A DNA stretch of 64,000 bases from a virus, in IMG/VR virus record IMGVR_UViG_3300037826_000038, positions 4,766 to 68,765 of that record, one strand, 5' to 3'. Positions 1 through 9,472 of the stretch are shown one piece after another (the stretch's first letter is position 1; each line of letters begins with the position of its first letter). The position numbers and the translations under genes were made by a program. The notes beneath the pieces are model-generated. The model was given only the letters and a program-made list of their open reading frames with translations, was not told the origin of the DNA and ran no database searches.

Positions 1-223
1 GTTTCTTGTGGCTCAGGCGAAGCACGCAGACACTAGCTTGGGTTTTAGTGTTTACATTGACCGGTTTCTCAAATTGTGGAACCCGGAACAGATCGGGTAT
101 AAGGTGTTCGATCAAAGGGCACAAGAGATAAAACGCCGGGTGGAACGCGAACGACGGAACCGCGCACGCCGGGAGCAGGAGGCGAAGAGCCAAACCCGTG
201 CCCGGCATCTAGAATTGCCTTAA
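1..223 (+). CDS. 3' end of a hypothetical protein (truncated by window edge)
   Basis: Open frame runs from the window start to TAA at 221-223; charged helical C-terminus ending RARHLELP. Confidence 0.55.
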   Translation, partial: FLVAQAKHADTSLGFSVYIDRFLKLWNPEQIGYKVFDQRAQEIKRRVERERRNRARREQEAKSQTRARHLELP

Positions 224-260
224 ACGCCTTGCCCCCTTTTTGGTTTATGTATGTAAACCA
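220..260 (+). promoter_or_regulatory. Phage-specific promoter motif TTAAAC-N16-GGTTTAT (copy 1)
   Basis: TTAAAC 220-225, GGTTTAT from 242; upstream of RBS ACCGGGAGG and ATG 288. Confidence 0.75.
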
Positions 261-287
261 TAACCAACAGACCGGGAGGAAACAGAC

Positions 288-1949
288 ATGACCACGAACG
301 CCACGCAGCAAGCAATGGAAAAACTTGACCGCAGCATCCGGGCGCGATGTCCCGTCATCGGGATAGAGACCCCGGAGACCCGCCGTTTTATGGAGGGGTT
401 GGTGCAGGTGATCGAGAACGACAACCGACGCAATATCCGGGCGGATAACAAACGCCCCCGCCGCAAACTATTCTCCTTCTCGGTGACCCAGGGACTAACC
501 CAGGTTGCCACCTACTCCGGGGAACTTGGGTCGGAGTCCATTGTATATGACGAGCAGAGTGTGATGGAGCCGGGACCGGAACCGGACTTTTCGGTGGTCA
601 TGGCCATCGACATCATCCTGGAGCAGGGCAAAGAGAACGACGAGCCGGTGATCTATATGCTCAAAGATGTGGACGAGTATATGGAGAACCCGCTGGTTGT
701 GCGCGCCCTACGGGACCTCGCGGAGATACTCATTCGCCGTCGCCAGACCGTGATTCTGGTTAGCCCGGACCTTGGAGGGCTGCCGGAGGTGTTGAACAAG
801 GACATCAAGGTTATCAGTTGGCCCTTACCTACAAAGGACGAACTCAACCAGCAGGTAGAGTCTTTCGTCCAGAACCTAACCGACGCTGAGGTGAACCTGA
901 ACGGCACCCGGGACGAACTGATCGAAGCCCTGCGGGGTTTGACCGTGAACGAAGCCGATCAGGTGCTAGCCGAAGCGGTTATCAACCACGGGGTGCTAGA
1001 CGAACGGGCAGTCAATTTTACGATTGACGCCAAGGCCGAGATTATCCGGTCCAGCGGGGCGTTGGAGTTTTACCCGCCGTCCGTGAAGATGGGGGACGTG
1101 GGGGGGCTGGACAACCTGAAAGACTGGCTAGTTAAGGCCGGGCGGTCCCTCACTCCCCAAGCCCGACAGTTTGGGATCCAACCCGCACGCGGGGCGTTGG
1201 TGGTTGGCGTGCCGGGGTGTGGTAAGAGCCTGACCGCCAAACTGTTAGCCAGTTTGTGGGGTGTTCCCCTACTGAGGTTGGACGTGGGGGCGTTGTTTGG
1301 GAGCTTGGTAGGGAGCAGCGAAGCCCAGACCCGTCAAGCCCTCAAACTCGCCGGAGCCATCGGGCGGTGTGTGCTCTGGATTGACGAGATCGAGAAGGGG
1401 TTGAGCAGCCAGGGGGGAGAACTGGACGGAGGGACCAGCAAGCGGGTACTGGGGACGATCCTCACGTGGATGGAGGAGCAGAGCGGAGCGAGCGGGGTGT
1501 TCGTATTCGCCACTGCCAATGACATTGAGAGCTTGCGCCCGGAGTTGGTCCGCAGGTTCACCGAGGTCTTTTTCGTGGACATTCCCACACCCCAGGAACG
1601 GGAGACCATTTTCAACATACACCTTCGCAAAAGCGGACGGGACCCCCAGCAGTTTGACGTGAGCAAGCCGGTCGAACTGAGCCAAACCTTCACCGGCGCG
1701 GAGATCGAAGAGGCGGTGCAGGGGGCGTTGTGGATCGCGTTTAGTGAGGACCGGGACCTGACGAACCAGGACCTGATCGACGCCGTAAACGAGACTGTCC
1801 CCCTACTGACCACGATGGGGGAGCAGGTAGAGCGGATGCGAAAATGGGCAGCCAGGGCGCGCCCGGCAAGCCGCTACCAGCAGTCCGGTCGTCAGACCCA
1901 ACGGACCCAAGGGGGGACCGGAAGCCGGGCACAGGCGTTGGAGATGTAA
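288..1949 (+). CDS. Ycf46/SpoVK/Vps4-type AAA+ ATPase
   Basis: Walker A GVPGCGKS, Walker B LWIDEIEK, VFATAND sensor 1, VGGLDNLKDWL; degenerate N-terminal AAA domain as in Ycf46. Confidence 0.9.
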   Translation: MTTNATQQAMEKLDRSIRARCPVIGIETPETRRFMEGLVQVIENDNRRNIRADNKRPRRKLFSFSVTQGLTQVATYSGELGSESIVYDEQSVMEPGPEPDFSVVMAIDIILEQGKENDEPVIYMLKDVDEYMENPLVVRALRDLAEILIRRRQTVILVSPDLGGLPEVLNKDIKVISWPLPTKDELNQQVESFVQNLTDAEVNLNGTRDELIEALRGLTVNEADQVLAEAVINHGVLDERAVNFTIDAKAEIIRSSGALEFYPPSVKMGDVGGLDNLKDWLVKAGRSLTPQARQFGIQPARGALVVGVPGCGKSLTAKLLASLWGVPLLRLDVGALFGSLVGSSEAQTRQALKLAGAIGRCVLWIDEIEKGLSSQGGELDGGTSKRVLGTILTWMEEQSGASGVFVFATANDIESLRPELVRRFTEVFFVDIPTPQERETIFNIHLRKSGRDPQQFDVSKPVELSQTFTGAEIEEAVQGALWIAFSEDRDLTNQDLIDAVNETVPLLTTMGEQVERMRKWAARARPASRYQQSGRQTQRTQGGTGSRAQALEM

Positions 1950-1955
1950 GTAAGT

Positions 1956-2006
1956 AGAGGGGGGAGTTAAACGCTCCCCCCTCTTTTGGGTTTATGTATG
2001 TAAACT
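1956..2006 (+). promoter_or_regulatory. Terminator hairpin overlapping promoter motif (copy 2)
   Basis: AGAGGGGGGAG-ttaaacg-CTCCCCCCTCT-TTT; TTAAAC 1967-1972, GGTTTAT from 1989. Confidence 0.75.
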
Positions 2007-2032
2007 AAACACACACACCAGGAGGACACACG

Positions 2033-2491
2033 ATGAGCGAGAAGGCAAAAGCACAGATTGAGGTTTGGGACCCGGAAGCCGTCCGTGAGGTTTTAGAGGA
2101 GATGGGCGTGGTATTCACCGAGGATACAACCTGGACCGGATACCGCAGCCATCAGAACCAGCCCGCGGACTTCGTGGTTAGCAAGGCCCAGGTGGGCGGG
2201 CACTATGGGGACGTGGGGTTCGAGCAGAGGGACGGCAAGCTCAACATGATCTACGACGACCTTGACGCTGGGGCCGGGCGCACCAGCAAGTTTTTGTCCG
2301 AGTTCAAGAAGCGATACAGCCTGACCGCCACCCGCCGCCTGCTGGAACGGTACGGCTACCGGATCGAGGAGCACGAGGACGGGACGTTTAGCGCCCACAG
2401 TACAATGAAGTCAGCCCAACGGATGAGCCAGCACGGGCACGGACGCAGCGCCGGACGCCAGACCCTACGCCAGCGGTTGGGGCGCGGGTAG
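2033..2491 (+). CDS. DUF1257/Ycf35-like protein
   Basis: GY..Q..ADFVV, YGDVGF, YDD pattern; directly follows a Ycf46-type ATPase, the usual context. Confidence 0.7.
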   Translation: MSEKAKAQIEVWDPEAVREVLEEMGVVFTEDTTWTGYRSHQNQPADFVVSKAQVGGHYGDVGFEQRDGKLNMIYDDLDAGAGRTSKFLSEFKKRYSLTATRRLLERYGYRIEEHEDGTFSAHSTMKSAQRMSQHGHGRSAGRQTLRQRLGRG

Positions 2492-2540
2492 GTTTAGCCT
2501 AACTCAAGTCAGCAGCACCAGACAAACCGGAGGATATACG

Positions 2541-2780
2541 ATGAAATTCAAAGCACAGACCAAACTACACCCCAACCACCGCATTGACGTGAGCCTTGAC
2601 ACCGAGGGCAACGTGGTTGCTCAGATTGAAGGTATCCAGGGCCAAGGGTGTGAGGGGATTCTGGACGTATTGGCAGAAGCCGGGATGATCACAGACCGCG
2701 AACACACCGACGACCACGACAAGCCGGAACCCCAGTATCGGGGAACCCCAACGCGCACCCACCAGAAGACCGGACATTGA
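2541..2780 (+). CDS. DUF2997-like small protein
   Basis: IDVSLDTEGNV..IEGIQGQGCE motif; third gene of the AAA-DUF1257-DUF2997 neighbourhood. Confidence 0.7.
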   Translation: MKFKAQTKLHPNHRIDVSLDTEGNVVAQIEGIQGQGCEGILDVLAEAGMITDREHTDDHDKPEPQYRGTPTRTHQKTGH

Positions 2781-2834
2781 GCAAACACAAGGGGCGGGGA
2801 CACCCGCCCCCCCTCTCGTCACACAGGAGGACGC

Positions 2835-3353
2835 ATGAGAGACCAACCATTGATTATAGCATTTGACCCCTCGACCGTGGGTGTGGGTGTAGCTGTCGGC
2901 CCCGCACGTGAGCAGGGACCGGACAAAGCATACACCTATATGCCGCCAAGGGATGCTCAGGTTGATGCCCGTATCCGAGCAATCACGGTCAAAGCCTTTG
3001 AGATCATTGAGGAGCACTTACCCGATGTGGTTGTCATTGAAGAACCTGCTGGGGATCACCACAACCGGGCCACAGACCGGAAGCTGGCACGCGCCGGACA
3101 GTCTATCGAAAGCGCGGCGACACTAGTTAGTTGGGAGACCGGTCATCCTATCCGGGTGATTCGCATCTACCCTTCCCAGGTGAAAGCTACCGGAGCGAGC
3201 AAGGATAATACTCGATATGCAGCCTCCTTAATCCAGGGGAGCGACGAGTACGACGTTTCGGGTGACTCCGCCGACGCTATTGGTGCGTGGTTGGCCGCCG
3301 ACACCCAACTCAAACAAGAACGCCTGGAGAGATGGGCGCGTGATGACCGGTAG
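2835..3353 (+). CDS. RuvC-like Holliday junction resolvase
   Basis: IIAFDPST, VVVIEEP, YPSQVKA, DSADAIG RNase H-fold acidic motifs. Confidence 0.85.
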   Translation: MRDQPLIIAFDPSTVGVGVAVGPAREQGPDKAYTYMPPRDAQVDARIRAITVKAFEIIEEHLPDVVVIEEPAGDHHNRATDRKLARAGQSIESAATLVSWETGHPIRVIRIYPSQVKATGASKDNTRYAASLIQGSDEYDVSGDSADAIGAWLAADTQLKQERLERWARDDR

Positions 3354-3684
3354 AAACGTAGATGAACTTGTTACAGACCTAATGCAATCACTCCCGGAGG
3401 GGCGCGACAACGCAGAACTGTTTGACAATGTGCAGGAGCAGATGGACGTCTCCACGAGAATGCTCAATTTCATCATCGAGCGAGCTCATGAGCGGGGTGA
3501 GCTGGTTATGGAGACCCAGTTGGACCCCTTCAGGGAGCCAGGGTTATTCAAGCCCGCCACCTTTACAGAGTTTGAGGAATGGCGCAGCAACTATGCTATC
3601 CCCCGACTGGTGAAGGAATTAGACAAACTGCAACGGATGAGTGAGCGTGCCCAGCAACTGAAAGGAGCAGATCATGCGCGTTGA
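3343..3684 (+). CDS. Hypothetical protein
   Basis: ATG 3343 overlapping the upstream gene end; coupled operon. Confidence 0.6.
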   Translation: MTGRNVDELVTDLMQSLPEGRDNAELFDNVQEQMDVSTRMLNFIIERAHERGELVMETQLDPFREPGLFKPATFTEFEEWRSNYAIPRLVKELDKLQRMSERAQQLKGADHAR

Positions 3685-4123
3685 GGTAGAGTTTGAGGGT
3701 GTGGATATTGGAGGAGAGATCGAAGACGGGTATGTGAACCACAGTGTAACCATGGTTGGAGTTGAGATCAAGCTAACCGATGACTTGTTGAATACCGGGG
3801 TCACCAAGCCGTCAGACGCGATTATGGCCGGAGCATCGGCCGCACTTACGGACTTCCTAATCACCCTCGGCAACATGGGGGCATTCAAACCCACACAGCA
3901 GGACCTGGACCAAATCGGTGGCTGCACCAACGGCGAAGATATGGTGGTCGCTGCACGCGAAGCCACCACACGCGCCATTGACGAAGCCGTTGCCAGATAT
4001 TACGACAAACTGGTGAACATGGAACTGACACCCACCGACACCCCGGATTGGAACGTGATGTTTCAGCGCCTGATCGAAAACGGGGATAACGGCAATCAAG
4101 GCTCGCCACCTACGGGTGCGTAG
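3674..4123 (+). CDS. Hypothetical protein
   Basis: AAGGAG RBS, overlaps the previous gene. Confidence 0.65.
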   Translation: MRVEVEFEGVDIGGEIEDGYVNHSVTMVGVEIKLTDDLLNTGVTKPSDAIMAGASAALTDFLITLGNMGAFKPTQQDLDQIGGCTNGEDMVVAAREATTRAIDEAVARYYDKLVNMELTPTDTPDWNVMFQRLIENGDNGNQGSPPTGA

Positions 4124-4216
4124 CCAAACGCTGTACCCCGTTAAGAGGCGGTGGGGTATGTTTACCTATGGACACGGACAAAACGCCGTAGAAAGCGTCT
4201 AGTTAGGAGAAGAACA

Positions 4217-4621
4217 ATGAAACGAAAGGACGAACAAGGTATCATCGCCCGTATGGTAAAACTATGTAGGGGGCTAGTTTTTCTGGCGCTGATCCTCACA
4301 GTCAGATACTCTCATTATTGGCCCCCGTATGGGGGGGTCAACACGTCCCGGCCCGACGCCCCACATCTGGCTCGTCTTGCCAACGGAGACCGCTGGCAGC
4401 CGTGGGGTGGACGAGGCGCGGCGTGTCCCGACTGGCTCGACCTGGGAACCCAGTTCGTCGCGTTTGGGTCAACGTGGACGTGCGTAGATCGAGGTGGGAA
4501 GGTCAAGGGGTCGTGGGTTGATTTCTTAACCCCACACGCCCATGCTGGATACGGAGACTTCATCGAGATAACCTTTATAGGTTCCCAGTTCGATTTTGAT
4601 TGTGACCATACCATGCAATAA
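4217..4621 (+). CDS. 3D-domain / RlpA-like cell-wall protein with hydrophobic N-terminal segment
   Basis: AACP..LDLGT, CVDRGGKVKG, WVDFL resemble the 3D domain; AGGAG RBS before ATG 4217. Confidence 0.6.
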   Translation: MKRKDEQGIIARMVKLCRGLVFLALILTVRYSHYWPPYGGVNTSRPDAPHLARLANGDRWQPWGGRGAACPDWLDLGTQFVAFGSTWTCVDRGGKVKGSWVDFLTPHAHAGYGDFIEITFIGSQFDFDCDHTMQ

Positions 4622-4635
4622 ACTAAGCCATAGCC

Positions 4636-4664
4636 AAGCCCCCTCAACCGAGGGGGCTTTTTTT
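4636..4664 (+). terminator. Intrinsic terminator (near-identical copy at 32891-32920)
   Basis: AAGCCCCCTC-aacc-GAGGGGGCTT-TTTTT. Confidence 0.85.
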
Positions 4665-4689
4665 GTTACCTATCTTCTACCCCAGCCCC

Positions 4690-4788
4690 GTTCTACGGTG
4701 CTGTAGGCGCACCTCTGGTGAAAATTGAGGGGAGTAGGTATAAACACCTATTAACGCAGAGAAAACGCCGTAGAGAGCGTCTAAGCCC
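4690..4788. repeat. Degenerate ~95 bp dispersed repeat (other copies ~4110-4203 and ~32940-33035)
   Basis: Shared blocks CTAC..GTAG, GGTATNNNNACCTAT, AAAACGCCGTAGARAGCGTCTA (last block degenerate in the third copy). Confidence 0.6.
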
Positions 4789-4789
4789 T

Positions 4790-4875
4790 AAACGCAAAGG
4801 AACCCCGCCAATATGACGGGGTTCCCGACCGGGAGAAAACGGGACCTGAAAGAGGAGAGATCAACCGCTTCTCGT
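4790..4875 (-). ncRNA. Predicted small RNA with anti-Shine-Dalgarno segments
   Basis: Minus-strand TTGCAA(4909-4904)-17-TATACT(4886-4881) with TG extension; terminator hairpin 4799-4825; no ORF; contains CGTTTTCTCCCGGTC. Confidence 0.55.
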
Positions 4876-4897
4876 CTACTAGTATATCACATCTCGC

Positions 4898-7800
4898 TCA
4901 CGATTGCAAGATGCTTTCCACCGCCCCCAGCACGGCTTGATTATCGTAGAGGAACCATTCGTCCCTCGCCCACCGATACAGGCATAGGGCCGCATATCCC
5001 ATCGTGTCCGCTGCCTGATACGCTGCCAGCACAACCTCACGTGCCCTCGCGTCGTCTACCCAGCCCCAGTCATATTCCTGCGTGCGCCAGAGGTGGTTGA
5101 ACTCGGTGACGACAACCGGGAGGGACCGGTAGCCACCGGGTAAGGCCTCTAGCAGGGCTTCGATGCACAGGGGATAGTTGAGGTACTGCCACGTCATCGG
5201 GTCATTGACAAACCGGGCGGTAGAGCCAACCTTCTCCGGATCCGGTCCCCGTATGTAGCCGTGAACCGGCACCAGTTCAGCCCCGTCAATCCCCGTATAC
5301 ATCTCACGCAGCCAGTCCCGAGGGTCTCCCAGTTGGGCGTTGAATGGGTCCAGCGCCCCCGGGCCCATCGGCACGTCAACGGCTGCATAAACGGAGTTGT
5401 AGGCCGCAATCCAGTTCTGTACCGTCAACCGGGTATCTTTGGGGTGTTCACGCACGTTATTGATTTCATTGCATAACGTGTATCCCGCAACTCCCCGGCT
5501 GTCTTTGATGGTCTGAATGCATGCCTGGATAAAGCGCACGTATTCATCAGAGCCAAACGCCGGCATCGTCCCCCCACCGCCGAGGTCGCTGCTCCACGAG
5601 TACCGCAGGTTCACGTAAATGTCTATCCCCGCGTCTGCGTACTGGGTGAAGTCGAACGGTCGAGCGTCTCCCCCCAGGAAGACCGGCATTGCAATGGCGC
5701 GGGGTCCCGGATAGTCAAGCAACCACTGGGCGGCAAGAATATCCCGGTTGCTCCCGTCTACGACCATATCATTGAAGCCAATCGCCGGAGCCGAGGGAGG
5801 AGGCGGTGGGGGCTCCTCAACGGTCCGATATTCAGCCAAGGCATAGATGGCTTGGGCCAGCGTCTTGCCAGGACCGTAGGCTTGGAGCAGTTTGCGTCGT
5901 GTCCCCGTCCACGGATCCATCACCAGTATATCCGAACCGTCGTCAACTATTTGTAACCCTAACACAAAATGGCTGTCCAGAGGATCGCCCGGATAGAAGT
6001 CGACTTGCATGATTGCAGGACCGTTCGCCAGCACGCGCCGCACCGTGCCCATATCGGCGACCTGTCCCGGATCGCGCCATGTGTGGTACTGCACAAACTC
6101 CAATTCGTCTACCAGTTCTGCACCCTTGGCCCAGACAAACAATGCGCCGTCCACGAATCCCCCACTAGCGGTCATCTGGCGATTGACCTCTCCCGGTGTC
6201 AGGTCCGGGTCATACGGACTTGCCAGGGACGCAAAGGCCGTGACTACGCACCCGGCTTTGCCTAGGATCAAGGCTGACGTCCCCAACCGATCATCGGCCC
6301 ACCTCTCGTCCCGTTGGGAGTGATTGACAATCTCCGGGTATCCGGGGTCCGGTTCGGTGTCGGCAAACACCAGTACGGTATCCGGGTCGCGGTTCTCAAC
6401 CCACGCCCGGTAGCGGGGACGGTTTTCTTCAGGCATCGGCCCGGCGTCAACCGTATTGGTACGCCACTCAGGGGGACGGTTCACTTGGACGGCATCGTGC
6501 CAGGAGTTGGTCACCGTCCGGGTTTCCTCAAATCCCCGCATATACGCTGTCATTCGCTGTGTGTCACTCATGTAGGTGGGGTCTGCCATAATCACGTAGC
6601 GGTCATACTGGTTGGGTTCAGGTTCCGGGTCGGGTTGGTAGGAGGCTGCTTCAATCACCAGTTCACGCCACACCCCAGTAAGCCCGGCACGTTTGAGATC
6701 AAACCCTGCCCACGCACCCCCTAGGCTCCCCCACCCGAACACCTGCATCGACCGGATATAAGGAGACTTCCCTATCTGGTTGAGATACCAACGCATTTGC
6801 GCGCCCCAGTTCTCAGGCGTCATCGTGCGTAGGTCTCTGGCTACGTTGACCTCGGTGAGATCGACCAGCGGCATGTGCTTTGCTCCACCCACGGCATCTT
6901 CCCACCAGCGGAACCGGCACGCGAGGGGTCCCCGGTCTGGGTGAGCTTCGCGTCCGGGGATGGGGCTGCCAAAATCCTTGTCCAAGGGATTGGCGTATTC
7001 GTGCAGCGCCAGGGCGTGCCCCCGTGCCTTCATCTCGGCGAGGATTCCGGTTTCAGCTACCGCTAACATTTCCGTCCACTCCGGCACGCCCAGGGAGTAC
7101 GAGAACAGGCTGGTCAGGTAGCCGTTGGCGTCCGCAATGTCCATACAGTGGAACATAAACTCGGCCAGACGCCGATGTCCGTCTGCACCCGGTGGGTCCT
7201 GCTCGTTGATGATCTCCCATACGTCCACGTATTCCCGGTGAGGGTCCCACGCCCGCATTGACGCATCCATCACCCGTTCGGCCTCGCGGCGTAGGTCCCC
7301 GTCCAGGTTGGGGCCCTCTACGTTGACGTCATTGGGGATACCCCGGTGCAGGCGCCCGATGGTCAGTATGTCACGCCCAGCCTCAGCAGCTAGCGTTTTG
7401 AACAGTTCGAGGGTTCCCATCACCGGAGGGTCTCCGTAAGCTTTCACGGAAGGGAGCGGGGCATCGGCAGGTAACTCACCGGCCAGGGACCGGTATTCGT
7501 CACTGGCTCCATCGTCCCCGGTATTCAGGTGTAATCCCGGCATCACCATGCGCTGGTTAGGAGTGGGAGGCGGTTCCGGGTCGTCGGTTACCCGCTCTAG
7601 CAGCATTGCGTCCCAGTAGACATCGCAGTGTTTGAACGGCCATAACACCTGTGACCGCAGAAACACCGTCACGGTCTCCGACAATGCCTCGGCGGTGACG
7701 CCGGGGACTTGTCCGTAGGTGTTGTAGATATGCCCAGTCTCTCCCCACACGACACTATCTCCCCACGGATCGGTCCGTCCCGTGGGGTCGATCCCCACCT

Positions 7801-8209
7801 GGACGCCGATGTTTTGCACCCCATCCCCATCTAGGTTAGAGGTGTAGGGGTTGTCGTCTAAACTGCTCCAAGCATGCGCCCAGCCCCCAGCCCGGTAGAG
7901 GTCTCCCTTGTCCACAGAAACCTGCTGATACAGTCCGGCGTCGTGGATGCGAAAGAAGGTAAAGAGCTTGAACGCTTTATAGTCCAAATGGATTCGGGGA
8001 GGGTCCAGGTACGGCGGTTCGTGGTTAATGACGTGCATCTCCGGGCGTGCGTAGCCTTTGTCATTCGTGGGGTCGTGAGGGACAGGCAACCCTTCTTTCC
8101 ACCACGCCACCCAGCCTTCAGGTACGAAGATCTCCCCAAACTCCTGCCCTGTGAAAGTGTCTCGTGTCCAACCGCCTTCAAAGCCGGGATTGGTCAGTAG
8201 GTTTTGCAT
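4898..8209 (-). CDS. Large multidomain lysin/cell-envelope hydrolase (CBM-like + glycoside-hydrolase-like barrel + C39-like peptidase + second GH-like barrel)
   Basis: NLLTNPGFE start; INE/TE acid pairs twice; SQRDERW..GC..HFVL..DP C39 pattern; Pro-rich linkers; last gene of the late arm. Confidence 0.7.
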   Translation of the reverse strand: MQNLLTNPGFEGGWTRDTFTGQEFGEIFVPEGWVAWWKEGLPVPHDPTNDKGYARPEMHVINHEPPYLDPPRIHLDYKAFKLFTFFRIHDAGLYQQVSVDKGDLYRAGGWAHAWSSLDDNPYTSNLDGDGVQNIGVQVGIDPTGRTDPWGDSVVWGETGHIYNTYGQVPGVTAEALSETVTVFLRSQVLWPFKHCDVYWDAMLLERVTDDPEPPPTPNQRMVMPGLHLNTGDDGASDEYRSLAGELPADAPLPSVKAYGDPPVMGTLELFKTLAAEAGRDILTIGRLHRGIPNDVNVEGPNLDGDLRREAERVMDASMRAWDPHREYVDVWEIINEQDPPGADGHRRLAEFMFHCMDIADANGYLTSLFSYSLGVPEWTEMLAVAETGILAEMKARGHALALHEYANPLDKDFGSPIPGREAHPDRGPLACRFRWWEDAVGGAKHMPLVDLTEVNVARDLRTMTPENWGAQMRWYLNQIGKSPYIRSMQVFGWGSLGGAWAGFDLKRAGLTGVWRELVIEAASYQPDPEPEPNQYDRYVIMADPTYMSDTQRMTAYMRGFEETRTVTNSWHDAVQVNRPPEWRTNTVDAGPMPEENRPRYRAWVENRDPDTVLVFADTEPDPGYPEIVNHSQRDERWADDRLGTSALILGKAGCVVTAFASLASPYDPDLTPGEVNRQMTASGGFVDGALFVWAKGAELVDELEFVQYHTWRDPGQVADMGTVRRVLANGPAIMQVDFYPGDPLDSHFVLGLQIVDDGSDILVMDPWTGTRRKLLQAYGPGKTLAQAIYALAEYRTVEEPPPPPPSAPAIGFNDMVVDGSNRDILAAQWLLDYPGPRAIAMPVFLGGDARPFDFTQYADAGIDIYVNLRYSWSSDLGGGGTMPAFGSDEYVRFIQACIQTIKDSRGVAGYTLCNEINNVREHPKDTRLTVQNWIAAYNSVYAAVDVPMGPGALDPFNAQLGDPRDWLREMYTGIDGAELVPVHGYIRGPDPEKVGSTARFVNDPMTWQYLNYPLCIEALLEALPGGYRSLPVVVTEFNHLWRTQEYDWGWVDDARAREVVLAAYQAADTMGYAALCLYRWARDEWFLYDNQAVLGAVESILQS

Positions 8210-8230
8210 TGTTTCTCCTTTTGTTGTGGT

Positions 8231-9472
8231 TTATGCCAACTCGCGCCATTGTAATGACGCATAGACCTCCGGCGAACCATCAATAAGCACCGCAACTAGT
8301 ACCAACTGATCCACGGTGCCGTCAATTTCTGATCCTAATCGTATTGCGTTTTGTAGTTCTGCACTGACGATATTCGTCATCTGGTTAGTGCCCGCTATAT
8401 ATCCGCTGGCAACAACGTATCCATCCGTCGTTACCGTTTCCCCACCACCTACCGCTGATTGTAAGCCCGAGTTATCAACGTTGGAGTATGATAACGCAGC
8501 CGACAGGGTGGGGTTGTACTGTAATTCCCACAACGCAACAGCATTAGCGGTTTGTAGGATATTAAGCGTTTCCAGATCAACAGATAGACCTAGATGAGTG
8601 CTTCGCAACTGAATTGCTAAAATAACTTCTTTGGTTGCCCCAACCGTGATGCCGGTGGTTTCATTATTCACACTATGAAGAGCACCATTTTTCTCCTGAC
8701 CGCCCTCGGAGATGACGCTTGAGCAGATCTTAATCAGGTCTGCGGCTACACCAGTTCCATCATTGACAATCTCGGTGCGGAGAGGTAAATTGGGCGTGCT
8801 CATATATACGTTAGCCAAACTGTTCGCGTTTAGGAACTCATGGGCGTAGTAGATCATTCCATCAACCACAAACCCCATCCGCACACGCCCGACACCCAGC
8901 CATTCAAAATCAATCACCAAAATCTGCGTCTTGGTGAAATCGAGTGTAATTCCAGAATCCCCGCTCCCGTCCATTGTGTCCAAGTTCCAACTGGATTGGG
9001 CTACTCGGTTATCTACCGCAGATCCGGTGACATACGTGCGGCGAACGAAACCATAGTTGCTTCCGTTATCTTCCAGAAATAGGCCATTGTCACCGTCAAA
9101 TAATCCTTCTCGCTTGGTGATACCGCTGTCTTGCGATCCCATGACGAAGGTCAGGAAAACCAACTGGCTTTTCCCAGGCTGATAGTTAAATCGCATTTTG
9201 GTTTGTCGCACTCGCATTCCCGCCGTGGTTGCCCCAACCGAAAGCGTTGTGGATGCCGTGTCGTTATCATACGCCGTAGACGTTCCTGACCCGCTAGTCT
9301 CTTGGTTGTCATAGAGGAGCGGATATTGTTCAGCGCTGTCGGCAATGTCTCCGTCGTCAAAGATTTGCTTTGAATCGAAAATTGTGACGGGGTTGGACAC
9401 ACGCCACCGCGCAAATGCATCAATGCTTGGTGAATCGTCAGCTTTTACATTCACGTTGCGTAGTTCGGTCAT
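8231..9472 (-). CDS. Beta-rich virion/structural protein
   Basis: DAFARWRVSNPVTIFDS, RQTKMRFNYQPGKS, DFEWLGVGRVRMGF: a family common in phage tail regions. Confidence 0.6.
   Translation of the reverse strand: MTELRNVNVKADDSPSIDAFARWRVSNPVTIFDSKQIFDDGDIADSAEQYPLLYDNQETSGSGTSTAYDNDTASTTLSVGATTAGMRVRQTKMRFNYQPGKSQLVFLTFVMGSQDSGITKREGLFDGDNGLFLEDNGSNYGFVRRTYVTGSAVDNRVAQSSWNLDTMDGSGDSGITLDFTKTQILVIDFEWLGVGRVRMGFVVDGMIYYAHEFLNANSLANVYMSTPNLPLRTEIVNDGTGVAADLIKICSSVISEGGQEKNGALHSVNNETTGITVGATKEVILAIQLRSTHLGLSVDLETLNILQTANAVALWELQYNPTLSAALSYSNVDNSGLQSAVGGGETVTTDGYVVASGYIAGTNQMTNIVSAELQNAIRLGSEIDGTVDQLVLVAVLIDGSPEVYASLQWRELA

Noticed and set aside
288-2780. Cyanobacterial host inferred from ycf46/ycf35-like genes
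   Set aside because: The module is not restricted to cyanobacteria, no photosynthesis genes are present, and other cues point elsewhere; host remains an inference
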